Positions 1 to 13,926 of a DNA stretch of 64,000 bases are shown piece by piece. Each line of letters starts with the position of its first letter. Within the stretch, counting starts at the first letter, position 1. The position numbers and the translations under genes are program-made. The notes beneath the pieces are model-generated. The model was not told the origin of the DNA and did not search any database. It saw only the letters and a program-made list of their open reading frames with translations. This stretch comes from Azolla caroliniana (Eukaryota > Plantae > Polypodiophyta): contig JBHGNT010000001.1 of assembly GCA_043228905.1 (NCBI GenBank), positions 19,344,001 to 19,408,000 on the forward strand, read 5' to 3'.

Positions 1-35
1 TTCGATCTTGGTTTCGATCTTGGTATCGATCTCGT
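1..35. repeat. Short tandem repeat (~12-nt unit ttcgatcttggt, ~3 copies)
   Basis: ttcgatcttggt ttcgatcttggt atcgatctcgt at the window start. Confidence 0.5.
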
Positions 36-98
36 CCTTCTCAAACTTTCAGTTAAGATCGTAATCGGCCAAAACCGGTTTCTCATATATGTATTGGG

Positions 99-1340
99 GT
101 GCAAAGAACAAGTCGATAGTACGCAAACACAAAACAAGAAACGAAAACAGAGGCAGAAGATATTTAACGTGGAAACCCCAAACGGGAAAAACCACTTGTG
201 TCAGGCCTTTCGCTCCGGATCATTGCATGAGTCGGGTGGGAACCGTTGAGGTTTTGGACTAGGAGAAAGAAGAATATGAGATAAGGTTTGTTACGAATAG
301 ATTGCAAGATGAAGATATGAAACTCGTGAATCTCACGAGTATAGTGTATTAATTGATATTTAGATTGTAAGAGAGAAATAGATGGCAAAATCATGAATCC
401 CACGAATATTTTTTATTAATCAACCCTTATAAAAAATCAACAACCATATACATCTTTCTCTCTTCCTTATATAATGATGGAAGAGGCTAATTATAGCATC
501 ATGCTTTTTCCTGAAGTGTTCGTGCACATTAAATGTGCACGAGTTGCCTTTTTCAACCATGATTTTTTATTTCCTAAATATAGTGCTCATGCACGCTAGA
601 TGTGCATGAGTAATTGCCTTGTGTTTTTCTTCCAAATAAAGTTTTCACGTATTCTAAAAGTGCATGATTTACTTTTTTTGTAAAAATAGGCATAAATATA
701 AGTCTTATATTTATTAAATCTATATTTAGATCACTTATGATAAGTTAGTACAATGGTAAAGTTTGGGTTTGTTTATATGGAGGTATACGGTTTGAATCTT
801 GCCCTGTGCATGTAACAATGTTTTTAATCTTTTCTTTTATTTATTTATGCGTACTTAAATCGGATATATTTTTTACATATGTCACGTAGTGTGTGAATAC
901 ACTACGACAACGTGGAGTTCACAAACTCTAAAATAGAATCACAATTTTGGGAGAAGTACAATGAGAAGCTAAAAGGCAACAACCTTCTGCTCTCCTTTGT
1001 TAGACGGACGGCTATAGAGTTACTCACATGCTAACTCTCATTCTCTCTCTTATTCTCAATTACTAAGGCAACAACTCACTGTAACTTGTTATAACTATAT
1101 ATCATCATTAAACTACTTACCCTAAGTATATTTATATTGATATACGATATGGGCTATTTACAGATATAGCCCACATGGGGCACATTTAGACTATTTACAA
1201 ATATAGTCTCTCAAATCGGTTATATAACCGATTTTTAGTTTTTGGACTCGGCTGAATTACCCGCATACTCCACCCGATTCGGTTTCTCCTCTTTTTCCCA
1301 TTCGGAGGGACCTGTTTTCCCTACACTTTCATTTATGCTT
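99..1340. mobile_element. Degenerate LTR-like fragments, boundaries unresolved
   Basis: Motifs resemble the copia LTRs elsewhere in the window: acgtggaaacccc...gggaaaaaccac at 167-194 vs 11846-11880; ggctatttacagatatagc at 1152-1170 vs 12125-12143. No coding signal. Confidence 0.4.
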
Positions 1341-2213
1341 CATGGTTCCTTGGGAGTGTTTTGTTAGGAAATATTGAGAATCAGACTCAACCTCCTTAGT
1401 GTGGGAACACACCTTTGGAATATCCAAGTGTGTGAACATCCCACGGTTGTCCGCCATAAGAGGCCAAAAGTAAATAATGCATAATAAAGAAGCGTATTAA
1501 TTATAATAGAAGCGTTGAAGTAATGCGTGTAACGATTCACGCAGGAAGCATAACTGACTAGGCCCGATTTATATAAAGGGCATATGAACATTGTAAAGGG
1601 TTAGCGCATTTTGGAGCACAGTCTTTTAATATAGTTTCTGTCTTCTTTGATTCCTGTCTCTTGTCTCTTGCCTTTTATCTCTGTGCGTGACTGTGTACAA
1701 GTAGTGTAAGGCGAAGTACGCGTGCGTAATTACGCACATTAGGAGCTCGGTTGTAGCCGTCTCCCATTACGCCTTTTTTATACACTCTACTACATAAGTC
1801 CCTACGTCCTACGCGCTATGCCAACCTCCTCTCCCTTGTACCACGATCACCTTGATACCTACCCTGAAGCACTGAGGGTAAGACCGTGTTCCTAACCGAT
1901 AACACTTTTGGCACGCTTGGTGATCTGTGAATCCTCACAACCGAGCAGCAAGGAATGGATGTCTAGCTACCGACATATCAGAGAACCTACTCAACAAGAT
2001 CGATCATTGCCTAGATCCATCACCCGACAGACAGAAGAACGTGATACGCGGAAACCCCGCCTCAGCTATCGCGTCCCCTCGTTTCAGGAGTACACGGTAG
2101 ACTCTACGCTCGAAGAACAAAGTGGCATTGGATAGGAAGTCCTATCGCACCTAGACCAATATAGTGCGACTAAGCTTCACAACAACCCTCACCGTGGAAG
2201 CACCAACCTTCCC

Positions 2214-3690
2214 TTGCCTAGCTTCATTGCTGCAACCAGAATGGCCTTTTCATACCCCCATTTCGACGGAGAAACCGGCGCCGAGAGCAACCTACGATCG
2301 TTCCTTAACGTGTGGAATGCCAACCACATGGCACAAAGGCTACCAGATGCGGAAGCCCACGAATTGAAGGTCACCCAGTTCGGGCTAACCTTGGATGGTC
2401 GAACTGCGCGCTGGCACTCCCAACTCGATCTAACAACATTCGCAACATTTGACCAACTGCAATCGTCGTTCTTGCGAATCTTCCATCGGAGTGGCCACAA
2501 AGTGAAGTTATTGATCAATTTTATACGATCAAGCAACTTCCAAAGGAATCCGTAGCGGATTACAGTTTAGGGTTCCAGAGTCTATGACATCAACTCACAC
2601 GGGCCCCCATAGAGGAAGAGGCCAAGGATACATTTTTGGCAGCTTTATGACAATCCCTAAGGACTACGCTGACCACACAGAGTGTAAAGGGCGAGACGGA
2701 AGATATGGTTATTGAGCGGGCGTTGCAGCTCGAATTAGAGGATGAGGATGAAGGACTGTCCATGACATCGCTCCGGCAGGCGTTGCCCCAAGACGAGGAA
2801 TATTGATTCGGCTAGGCAATTCAATGCACAATCTACTTAAACTCCGGGCACTTTGTGGTGGATTGTAACATGCGGGTACATTGCCCTATTTGCCATTCAC
2901 GGGTACATACACTGGATCAGTGCGAATATAACATGCTGAATAGACCCACCCAGACAATTCGCCGTATGGAACCGCAACGACAGTACTGCCGTAACAACCA
3001 AGGCTGGTAGGACGAGCGTTACCAAAATACGGAACGATACCAGAAGGCGGAAAGACAGTACCGTAACCGCCATAACAGTGACCCGTATTCCGACGAAGAA
3101 GAGCAGGATGAGGAATAATACCGGAATAATGACCGTTACAATCGGGGGGGGGGGGGGGGCTCGCTATGACAATCGACGTCGTATTAACAATCGCGGACGA
3201 CCAACTGTTCCCCGACAAAACGACAATAATCGCTAGACACAGGACCAACGCTGTTACGAGGAGAGTTTAGAGGATGAACGAGGCCAAGAGCTTTGCCGGG
3301 AGTATCGCCAGAAACCCCGTAACAACCGAAGATTTCAGCAACCACGGGAAGAGCAACTTGCACCCCTAGACACCACCGCACTACTAGTAGTAGAGAAAGG
3401 CGAGTCCAGGGTACATTGCTTCGTGTGCCAACAAACAGGACACTACGTGACACAATGTCCACAATGCAATAAAGGCAAGGACCTAACCGTGAATACTATC
3501 ATGACGAATATCCAACCAGTCACTACATGCAGTCAGGCGAAAAACATAGAATGGACAGAACAAGATGACATATGCAAGGTAGCCCAGGCCTGGGTGGAGA
3601 AAGCAAATGAAGCTAACGCAGAGCGAATGAAGCAAGAATCGGCGAGCGCCATGACGCAGATTGAAGATAAGGCACTATTGCCAGACCCGT
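2214..3690 (+). pseudogene. gag: Gypsy C gag remnant with CCHC zinc knuckle
   Basis: YPHFDGETGAESNLRSF...FGLTLDGRTARWH capsid-like motif; CFVCQQTGHYVTQC knuckle near 3417-3460; stops and frameshifts. Confidence 0.75.
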
Positions 3691-4288
3691 TGTTGTGAAG
3701 ATTCCGGACCATAGTGAGAAACTAGGGAATATCGGAAGAATCGGCGAGGTGGAGCATGTGCACTCACCCTTGTACAAATTGTGTTAAGGATAGGGGCGCC
3801 GTTATGGGCCGAACAATAGTTAATTCGGGACAAAGGATCCCATGTAATAAGGGATTTATCCCACACTATTACACATCCCTCTCCTTGTTCTATAAAAGGA
3901 AGGGAGCGCCCTTTGTGAAGGGGTTGCCCATTTTTGTGTTAGGGGGTATACCATTAGATTAGGGTTAGTCGGTTTTAACTTGGTAGTTCTTCTTCTTCTT
4001 CTTCTTCCTCGTCGTGAGGGTTGAGAGTTCGTGTAGGGTTTGCTTCTGCTCGGTCTCCTGTGCAAGACACCCACTCGGCGCGACAAGCCCGTGAGCTCCC
4101 CCGGTCGGCAGCTTGGCAGCAGACCGCTGCTGTAACCTACCTTGGTCTGGCTCGGAGACGGGGTTGTAATCTTCTCTTGTAATATATATATCTGTTTGGT
4201 TGTGCACTTCTACGTCTCTGATGGTGTTGGGTGTTTCTACCCCTTTTGCTTCCTGTGCGTAAGAGTCGTTGTCGCGCGCACACTCTCC

Positions 4289-4352
<64 letters not shown>

Positions 4353-5826
4353 GTGTTCGGTTGCATCCGGGTCGTGTCCAGTGTCAGTTTTCTTAGCATC
4401 CCTTTTCTCCCTCGTCCGAGACCCCCGTGGTCCCCCCCTTCTACACGCATACGCGTAAGAACGCGACATATTTGGTGAACCCGACGTGGACGGCGGCAAG
4501 GGAGAATGGAGTTGGAAGAAGATGACTTTGCACAACTTTTTGTCGAAGTGGTGAGGGAGTTTGGACGAGCAACAGCAAGACGAGAGACGGCGCAGCAAGC
4601 GGTTGAGCGAGTGGTCGAAAGAGTCAGCCATTTCAACGGGGACAAAGTCCCATTCTACTTGGAAGCCTACAACGCGGTAATGGAGGAGCGAGACGTAGAC
4701 GAGGCGTTGAGGCTGGAGTTCTTCTATCGGGTCGTCGTCGTCTGTATGGACGCCGAAGTGAAGGAGCTCCGAGAAGCTCATAGTTCGTGGGAGGCCTTTG
4801 AAGAGGCGCTCCTGTAGGCATATGGAGGACGGTGGAAGAGCCGGGGATGACGCGACTTCGACCAGTGGGTTGCATTGGCGAAGACCCACCGTGGCGCAAT
4901 GAAGGCGTTCCGAGAGTTTGAGTAGCGGCTTGCTCGGCTCCCGGAGTGGGAACAAGGTTTGGTGGGGGCGGACAAAGTCCTATTGTTCGTTAGGTTGATC
5001 GACCGAGCGAAATGTGAGTCCATCGGGATTGAGCTCGAAGACGATGACGGAGCAAATGGCCTTAACGGAGGACTGGTCAAAGGTCGAAAGGGTATGCCAA
5101 CGGCTAAATGACGAGTGAGCCAAGAAGGCTAAGAGGAAGGCACGCGACGGCGTGTCATCACAACGGGAAGAGGCTGAACGACAAAGAGAGTCGGCAAGGC
5201 TCGGCTTCGGGGACATGATTGCGGAGGCGTATGCAGTTGTCGAGGCGATGCTCAAGGAAGAGGAAAGATCGAGGCCGCAAGCCGAGGCCGGGGAGGCGGA
5301 CTTGCCCCACGAGATGGCGGGAGATCGGTACCACGGTACCATGGGAGAGGGTGCGGAACAAAATGCCCTCTCGACTTGCAGAGATAGAACGGCCGAGGAC
5401 GAGGCCGAGATATCGATCGCAGAATCGAAACGTTGGGACCGGCGGTTTCAGGCATGTCAGCTCGAAACTCCGGACATTGGAGAAGCAAGCCCGGGCGGGG
5501 CTTGCGCGATCGGTAAGAAGACGACCGTCGACCACGAGGAGCCAATGGCTACGGATAGGGGTGCGAACCGGACGGGCGATTCTTCGCGTCTTCCCACAGT
5601 TGCTCCCGAGACAATGGCAGTCGAGCCCGAGTGCCCACGTGAGTCCCATGAGGAGGAAGGCGGCGGCGTGAGACCGAGAATCGCCGGCAAGATGATGCGA
5701 GGAAGGAGCGGACGAAAGCCCTCGAAACCGATTTCGGAGAACTCGGCATTCGGGCCCTTACGCCCACGTGAGACCGAGGAGAAGGATGACCGTATCGAGG
5801 AGTCCTAGCATGATGCTAGTGAAGAA
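3691..5826 (+). mobile_element. Gypsy-type element D1: 5' LTR, tRNA-Trp PBS and gag-like ORF, 3'-truncated
   Basis: LTR 3691-4468 (tgttgtgaag...acgcgaca) with (CT)n; PBS tggtgaacccgacgtg 4473-4488; disrupted ORF 4506-5808; paralogous to 23806-25970. Confidence 0.8.
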
Positions 5827-6725
5827 GCAAGCATTAACAAGGAAATTGGCTAGATGGATGCTGCTACTCCAGGAATTTGAATTCACGATCCAACATCGGT
5901 CGAGCACGCAGCACGCAGCACGCCGTAGACGATGTTCTAAGAAGAATAGATAACGGCGACGACGTTATCAAACAGGGTGATGATTTCCCCGACGTAGATA
6001 TTCTACGGGTTGCAACTAGAGCATCACTGGACGAGAAATTTTTTCCAGATCGATGGTTGATGGAGATGACCTATTTCTTGACAACGGGACTGCCACCATC
6101 AAAGCTACGTAGTCACAATTTCTGCTTGGTGGAGGGAGTGCTATATCATAAAGGAAGCGATGGTAACTAGAGGCATGGTATACGGTAGGATGAGAAGGAG
6201 ACAGTGTTACACGAAGCTCACTGTGGAACGGCAGGTGGCCATTACGCATGAGACGTTATTGCCCGAAAAGTGTGGCAAGCAGGCCTTTGGTGGCCGACTA
6301 CGCAAAAGGACATGTATAAATATTGTAAAGAGTGTGACCTCTGCCAACGCCTAGGTCAACTGACGGAGCTCGCACGGATGCCTCACCAGCCAATGCTTCT
6401 GTTTGACCCTTTCCAAAAATGGGGTCTCGATTTGTCAGCCCCTTTACTCTAGCAGTGGCACGAACAGGTAATAAATATATCCAAGTCACCACAGATTATT
6501 GGACAAAGTGGGTAGAAGCGAAAGCGTTACGAGATAATACCGCGGCATCTACGAAGAAGTTCCTCTATGAACAGATTTGGTGCCGTTTTGGCTGCCCAAT
6601 AGAACTCATAAGTGATGAAGGGAGATATTTTTTGAATACAGTTATCCACGAGCTCACAAACCATTATGCCGTAGTACATAAGAAGAGTACACCGTATTAC
6701 CCCGAGGCGAATGGATTAGCGGAAT
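5827..6725 (+). pseudogene. pol: Gypsy C RNase H C-terminus and integrase fragment
   Basis: LARWMLLLQEFEFTIQHR, WWPTTQKD..CDLCQR, DYWTKWVEAKAL, LISDEG, PYYPEANGLAE. Confidence 0.85.
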
Positions 6726-7232
6726 TGTAAAAGAATACATATGCGAAACACAGAGTACACAGTTTGGAGAACTCAGACAACTCAGAGATGGAGATGGAGA
6801 GGGAGGGACAGAGAGAGCAGACAACTCAGTTCTATTTCAAAATAATGACGCTCTGTTCTGTACATCCATCGTGCTCAGTGAGCACCTTATATACAAGCCC
6901 TGACAATCGGGCTAACACAAGTACTAACAGTACTTGAATGCTCATAAATGAGCCGACTACACAAACTCCCAAAATTATTCCTTTGCGAGGAAGAACGCTC
7001 TAACGACCTCTTCGGTTTTCACACCGATGTGGCCCTATTGTGCGTACTTTTTCACGCACTCAGTCTATGCACTGGGTTATGCTGCATACTTCGCACCGAA
7101 TGTTGAGCTTGTCTCTCAACGCTCCCTCTCAAACTCAACTTGAGGTTTCACTTGCTCCGTTGGATCTACGCTCCGGTTCCTTCTGGTTTCACGCCTCGTT
7201 CGCGTTCCTCGACCCGTTCGATTCCGCGTGCT

Positions 7233-10200
7233 TCAACCCTTTCGGCCGGCTTGTTTGCTTGTTCGGCCCTTCTCAGCTCCCTTGTTGTCACGGTGTCGAC
7301 GCGTTCTTCGCTGCCCTTTTCTCCACATGGCCTTCAGTTGATTTAGTGTATCCGAATCGAACATTTCGATTAAATCGAACACTTCCGATTCAATTCCGCT
7401 CTCATCTGAATTGGTTGTCTCCAATTCGTTTCTTGTCTTTAGGCCTTTGACTACATCAGACCACGTCTTCGTCTTGGCCTTATCTCCCCCTATTTCGACT
7501 ATCCTCGGCTCCTTCTTATGCTTACGGCCCTTGCTTCCGTCTTCGGCTTCTTCAGTCGGTTCGAAGTCAAATTCTCCATCGGACTCCGCATCTCGGTCAC
7601 TTCCACTGTGATGCTTACCTCTGCTACTTTCACGCTCTTGTCCCTGTTCTTCCTTTCTCCCCCTCAAGTTCGGCGTGTTGAGGTGACGCAACCCAAGTGC
7701 ACCTGAGAAATGCCGTAACTTGTCGAAACCAAGAGGTTTTGTCAAGATGTCGGCAATCTGCCGAGCCGTCGGAACATATGCTAGTTCGACTTCACCTGAA
7801 AGGACCTGCTCACGGACAAAATGGTAATGCACCTCAATGTGCTTGGTCTGGGCATGGAACATGAGGTTTTTCGCAAGGTGGATACTATTGAGGTTGTTGC
7901 AATAGATTGTCGTCGGATCAGACACCTCTACATGTAGATCCCGTAATAGCCGTTTCAGCCAAATGACTTCACATGTAGCGATAGTCGGTCCTCGATATTC
8001 GGCCTCCGTGCTCGACATTGCTACTATTGGCTGCTTTTTGTTGTTCCACGCGATCACCACACTTCCTAACGAGAAGGCGTATCTGGATGTGGATTTACAA
8101 TCACTGGTGTTTCCGGCCCAATCGGCATCTGTGTAGCCCACTAACTGTTCGGCAATGCCTGCTCGATAAAAGGACGCCATGTCTTTCGTGTTGCTGACAT
8201 AACACAGTATCCGTTGCACGCATTGAAAGTGTTCGGCCGTAGGCTGCGACATGAATTGACTGATAAAGCCGACCGGGTAGCTAAGATCCGGCCGAGTAAT
8301 CGTCAAATAGATAAGGCTCTCGACAATCTGTCGAAACCGTGTCGGGGCACACTCCTTCCCTGAATCTCAGCGAAGCTTTGCGTTTCTATCTAGAGGGGTC
8401 GAGATGGGCTTATAGTTTGCCATCCCGAACTTGAAGAGCATATTCAGTGCATAATGACGTTGGTTGATCAATATGCCTTCGGGGGTACGGATCACGTCGA
8501 TCCTGAGGAAGTAATGAAGGTGTCCGAGATCCTTCATTTCAAATGATGCCACAAGTTGAAACTTCACGCGGCGGATTTCTTTGAGATCGGTACCAACGAT
8601 GACAAAGTCATCAACATACAATAGAAGACTAACCGGTCCATATTGACCTTGCTGAACAAAGAGAGAAGAGTCCGACTTCGACAACGCAAACCCCATCCTA
8701 TGCAGCTGTTGCATAATCTTCGTGTTCCAAGCTCGCGGGGCTTGCTTAAGTCCGTACAATGACTTCTTGAATCGGCAAACTACCGAGGTGTTTTCTTCGG
8801 ATAAAAATCCGGGGGGCTGTACAATCTACACCTGCTCCTCAAGATCACCTTGCAGGAACGTGTTCTTTACATCCATCTGATGTAAGTGCCACCCCTTTGC
8901 TGCGACTACGACTACTAGTAGGACTCGCACGGTAGTTATCTTCGTGGCAGGCGCGAAGGTCTCATCATAGTGCACGCCGTGCTTTTGCGCGTAGCCTTTA
9001 GCTACTAAATGGGCCTTGTAGCGGTTGACAAAGCCATCAGTGTTGTATTTCACCTTATACACCCATCTACATTCGATCGGTATTACACCCTTGGGTGCGT
9101 CAAGTAGGTCCCATGTCTCGTTCTGCGTTAAGGCGCGCATCTGTTCCTCCATCATGGCACGCCAATTTGCGTCTTTCGCCACTTCTGCGTAGCTCTCTGG
9201 CTCAGGCACTTCTGCTACTCGCGTCATGTACGCGTAATGGTGCGCCATGTACTCATTATACCCGTATCTCCTTACGGGATTCTTCTGGCGGGTAGATTGA
9301 CGTAATTTGTGATTACCTGATATCGTGATCTTTTCGGCCGATTTCGACCTCTTCTGTGGAGGTTCCTTCTCAACTAGCTCGAGGTCAGATTCGCTTTGAA
9401 CTGACTCGGCACTACCAAAATCGTATTCCGGTGTCTTCTTCTTCCCCTTCTCCTTGCGCGTAAACCGTCTCCTCGGTTCTTTACGCGGGGACATCATGGC
9501 CGAATCTCCACTACTCGCCATCTCATCATCTGGTTGGCCATCTCAACCCAACCCCTCATTCGGCCCACTCAGCCGAAATGAGATCGGACTCTCTCTTAGA
9601 GCTCTGATTTCTTCATCGTGCGGAGGCATTTCAGCCTCGCTGATTTCTTCTTCAAAAATCGGAATGGAGTCATGAGGTTCTGGAGGAGAAGGCAAGTACC
9701 ACGAAACGGACTCGTCAAATACGACATCGCAGCTTACACGTACTTCGGCTTCAACCCAATAAAATTTCGGCATATGCTTCTCTTCAAGCATTGCCCGGGC
9801 CGCTTCTTCAATCGTCCGATTCTTCCACTCGGCTACGCCGTACTGCTCCGGCATATATCTACACGAGAACTCGCATCAAATTCCCTCCTTCTGTAGATAA
9901 CTTGTGAACTGGTCAGAGAAGTACTCCTTCCCGCCATTGGACCGTAGGCATTTTATGTTACGCCTTGTTTCCCTTTCCGCAAGGCTCTTCACCTGCAAGA
10001 AACATGCGAAGACTTTGCTCTTCTTCACGATTGTGCATACCCACGTGTGCCGAGTGAAATCGTCGATGAAGGTTACAAAGTAACGGCTTCCAACGAGACC
10101 CACGTTCTGTACCGGACCCCACACATCCGAATGGATCAAATCTAGAGGACTTCGACTACGATTACGCTCATTGGGGAATGGAAGTCGGTGTTGTTTTCCC

Positions 10201-11684
10201 AACTGACAAGCTTCGCAGACATGGCCATTCCGGCCACGAAATTTATGCAACCCGAAAACAATGTTCTTCGTCTGCATTTCATGAAGCTGTGGGAAATTTA
10301 CATGGCCGAACCGCTTGTGCCATAGGTCAATATCGGATTCGACCTTTTGTCCTTTCGCGTACAACGTGGTTCCGGCTTGATTAGTGTCGAGGATAAACAT
10401 CCTCTCTTCATGGCGCCCTTGCGCAATTACTTTGCCTTCCTCTTCTATGAAGCAGTCGAGGTGTGTGAATCGAACTTGCATACCTTGGTCGACGATCTGA
10501 CCGACCGACACTAGGTTCTTTGTTATTGTCGGGATGTGCCAGACGTGGCTGAGAGGAACTTCGCCGACGTGTCGTCTCCCGTTTCGAGCACTCCTTGTGA
10601 TTCCGGTTTCTCTAAGTTCGAGAACCATTCCTCGTGACTCGTCATATGATTTGATGCTCCGGAATCAATATACCACACCTCGCTTGATTTCGAGGTGTTC
10701 ATGGCCATAGAATTGGCCTTATGCTTCATTACGAAGGCTGGGCCCGATTTGTTTCCGGCTCGTTCAGAGCCTTCTGTGTACTGTGATCTCTTACGCCTCT
10801 TTGCGTCTCTCCGACTTGATCCGGCTTTGTCCAAATTGACTCGCTTTTTCCAACACTCGCTCTCCTTGTGGCCTTTCTTGCCACAGTACCAGCAATCCGG
10901 CATGGTCTTCTCTTGCTGTCTTCCGGCGCCACCATGACTCCCCCTGTTTGCGAAGGGTTTGGAATTGCTTTTGGCATCTCGATTATGCGATACATTCTGC
11001 TCTGTTCGGCCGCCTCCATTGCACGCCGATCCACCTCGTCCACCACGTCCACGGGGCCTATCATCCTCTGTGTAAAGCATCTTGCCATCGGCGTGCGCAC
11101 TCGTCGATGCAGCTGTGTGGTTTTCTTCTACGACCAACATTGACTCAAGCTCGAAAAACGAAGGCGTAATCTCCCTCGTGCAGACTGCCGTTCGGAAAGG
11201 TCTGAACTTTGACACCAAGTCACTAAGACAAACCTGCACCATTTCATCTTCCTCGATGTTCACGTTGACGGAGGCGAGAGAGTCGTAGATTTCTTTGATC
11301 TTGGTGGTGTAATTAGCTACCGATATATCTCTTTGTCTTACATTGCTCAGCTCCTGTCTAAGTTGCAGCTTTCTGGCCGTTGTGCTGGCGGCGAAAATCC
11401 TTTTGAGATTCACCCACGCGTCCTTTGGCATCTTGGCATCCCGAATAAAACTCAAAAGTTGATCGCTCACACAAGTCGCGAAGCAGTACAACACTCTGCT
11501 TGCCGCTTGTTCCCAAGCCGGATAGTCCCTGTGTGTCGAGTTGGGTGCCACATCGTTTGCTCCTTCGACATAACTCCAGTAACCATGGCTGAGTAGGTAT
11601 TGGTGCATCTTGTACGACCAAGATGCATAGTTGCTTCTGTCAAAGCTTTTGAGTCGGAAGTGAGCTTCCTATACCTCTGTCCAT
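7233..11684 (-). pseudogene. gag-pol: Copia B gag-PR-INT-RT-RNase H, frameshifted, with long C-terminal extension
   Basis: CWYCGKKGHKESEC, WYIDSGASNHM, LIHSDVWGP, YVDD, YTDADWAG, KHIEVHYHF; internal deletion in the integrase C-terminus near 9750. Confidence 0.9.
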
Positions 11685-12200
11685 GTCTTTGTCTTATTTC
11701 TTCCAAAAACAAGACCCTTCTGACAGGAACTCAACGCTCCTTATGCACAACGCTTGGCCACAACCGAGCTTAGAATCATACACAAAAAAACAGGAAACGA
11801 AAAACACGCGACACAAAGGAGAAGAAAAATTGTACACAGGATGTTTACGTGGAAAAACCCAAACTAAGGGAAAAAACCACGGCAGCCCACAAGCTGCAAA
11901 GATCACTATGTTAGAATGTACAACAGTGAGTTCACGGAGGCAACGACCTCATGCTCATGATCTTCGCCACAGTCGGCGGTTACAACAGAGGCAACGACCT
12001 CTTTCTCTCTCTCTCTCTCTCTGCACATTGTTACGCGCTCTATCTTCTTCTTGCACCAACAAGAATAACAACAACAGTAACTATAAGTTTGCCCTAAGTC
12101 ATATTTATACTAATATGACTTTTCGGCTATTTACAAATATAGCCTCGATGGACTCTCAGAAACATATTTACGAATATGTCTCTTCATCCGGTGAGCATTC

Positions 12201-12440
12201 CTCACCGGGTCTGCACCATCCGGCTCTCCATAGCCGGGCACTCCTCATCTGGTTCTCACCGGGTCTGCACCATCCGGCTCTCCGTAGCCGGGCACTCCTC
12301 ATCCAGTTCTCACTGGGTCTGCACCATCCGGCTCTCCGTAGCCGGGTACTCCTCATCCGGTTCTCACTGGGTCTGCACCACCCGGCTCTCCATAGCCGGG
12401 TACTCCTCATCCGGTTCTCACTGGGTCTGCACCATCCGGA
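12201..12440. repeat. 54-bp tandem repeat in copia A LTR (4+ copies here, 3+ at 21615-21800)
   Basis: Unit starts at 12201, 12255, 12309, 12363, 12417 vs 21615, 21669, 21723, 21777; LTR lengths 738 vs 684 differ by exactly 54. Confidence 0.92.
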
Positions 12441-12468
12441 GGGACCTGTCTCCCAACAAACTCCCCCT

Positions 12469-13881
12469 TCACTCCGGCATGGGGTGTCTTACTAGTCCGA
12501 TCCTCTTCCGGCATGCATCCAACTTGTCAGGTATCAGAACTTTGGTCAGCATATCTGACCCGTTCTCGGCCGTGTGGATCTTCGTCAGCGCGAACTCTTG
12601 GTCATCTACTCTTTTCCGGATCCAATGATACCTTCGCTGGATATGCTTCGTCCGGGAATTGTAGGCCACATTTTTAGCAAGGTGGATGGCACTTTGACTG
12701 TCGCAATAGAGTCGATATTCCTCTTGCCGGATACCGAGCTCTCCGATGAAGTCCTTCATCCATAATATTTCCTTGCCGGCTTCCACAGCTACCATGTACT
12801 CCGCCTCCGTGGTCGACAATGCAACCGTCTTCTGCAGCCTCGACTGCCACGAAACAACTCCCCCCTGCATATGCCATTACATACCCGGATGTAGACCGGC
12901 TGGTATCCACATCAGCCGACATGTCCTAATCGGTGAAACCGTCAGGTTGAGGTTTTCCGGAGCCGAATCGGAGACACATATTTGTAGTGCCCTTCAAATA
13001 CCGGAGTATCCATTAGACCGCGTTCCAGTGCTCCTTGCCGGGATTGCTCATAAACCGGCTCACCACTCCGACTGCGTATCCTATATCCGGTCGGGTACAC
13101 ACCATTGCGTACATCAAGCTCCCGATGGCAGAGGCATATGGAATCTTTATCATATCTGCCTTCTCTGCTTTCGTCTTCGGGCTTTGCTTACCGGATAGCC
13201 TGCAGTTTGCCGGAAGTGTCGATCCGACCGGTTTCACATCTAACATGTTGAACTGGTGAAGCACCTTTGTCACGTACTTCTCCTATGACAACCATAATTG
13301 CTTCTTTGACCGGTCCCGAATGATGTGCATCCCCAACATCTGTCTTGCCGGACCCAAGTCTTTCATTGAGAAGGTCCGGTTGAGAGCCTTCTTTAGCATC
13401 CGTATTTTGACTTGGTCCCGTCCGACGATCAACATGTCATCCACGTACAGAAGGAGTATCAGGAAGTCGCCTCCTTCGAACTTCTTCACAAACACGCAGT
13501 GATCGGCCTGCGTCTTGTGGTACCCTTGATCGGCCATGAAGGAGTCGAACTTCCGGTACCATTGCCGGGGGGCTTGCTTTAGTCCGTATAGGCTCTTCTT
13601 CAACCGGCATACCAGGTTCTCCACGAATCCTTCCGGTTGCTGCATGTAGATCTCCTCTTCGAGGTCACCGTGAAGGAATGTCGTCTTCACGTCCAACTGC
13701 TCTACCTCGAGGTCCATTCTTGTTGCTATACTCCGCACCGTCCGGATGGAGGTCATCTTAACTACCGGAGCAAATATCTCGTCAAAGTCCACGCCCTTTT
13801 TCTGCTGGAACCCCTTCACCACGATCCTGGCTTTGTATCTCGGGGAGTTGCCGGCATCCCCAGGTTTCAACTTGTACACCC
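12469..13881 (-). pseudogene. pol: Copia A RT (duplicated copy) and RNase H
   Basis: YKARIVVKGF, YVDD, TRPDIGYAVG, LSTTEAEY, KHIQRRYHW; stops at 13283 and 13013. Confidence 0.9.
12900..13881 (+). repeat. 982-bp direct duplication of host sequence, left copy
   Basis: ctggtatccac...cttgtacaccc recurs at 17501-18482 with constant offset 4601; about 20 substitutions by eye. Confidence 0.95.
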
Positions 13882-13926
13882 TCACATCGCTATACCACAA
13901 TCAACGCCGGACACCATCCACCATAT

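Noticed and set aside
3143-3158. Poly-G run as a functional G4 or frameshift site
   Set aside because: Isolated homopolymer in a decayed gag; likely slippage
3965-4955. Long antisense ORFs with (ER)n tracts
   Set aside because: Translations of the (CT)n microsatellite and GC-rich shadow frames of gag
12201-12440. Possible CRISPR or repeat-protein ORF (11683-12495)
   Set aside because: Tandem 54-bp LTR repeat with no spacers; the ORF is an incidental LTR frame
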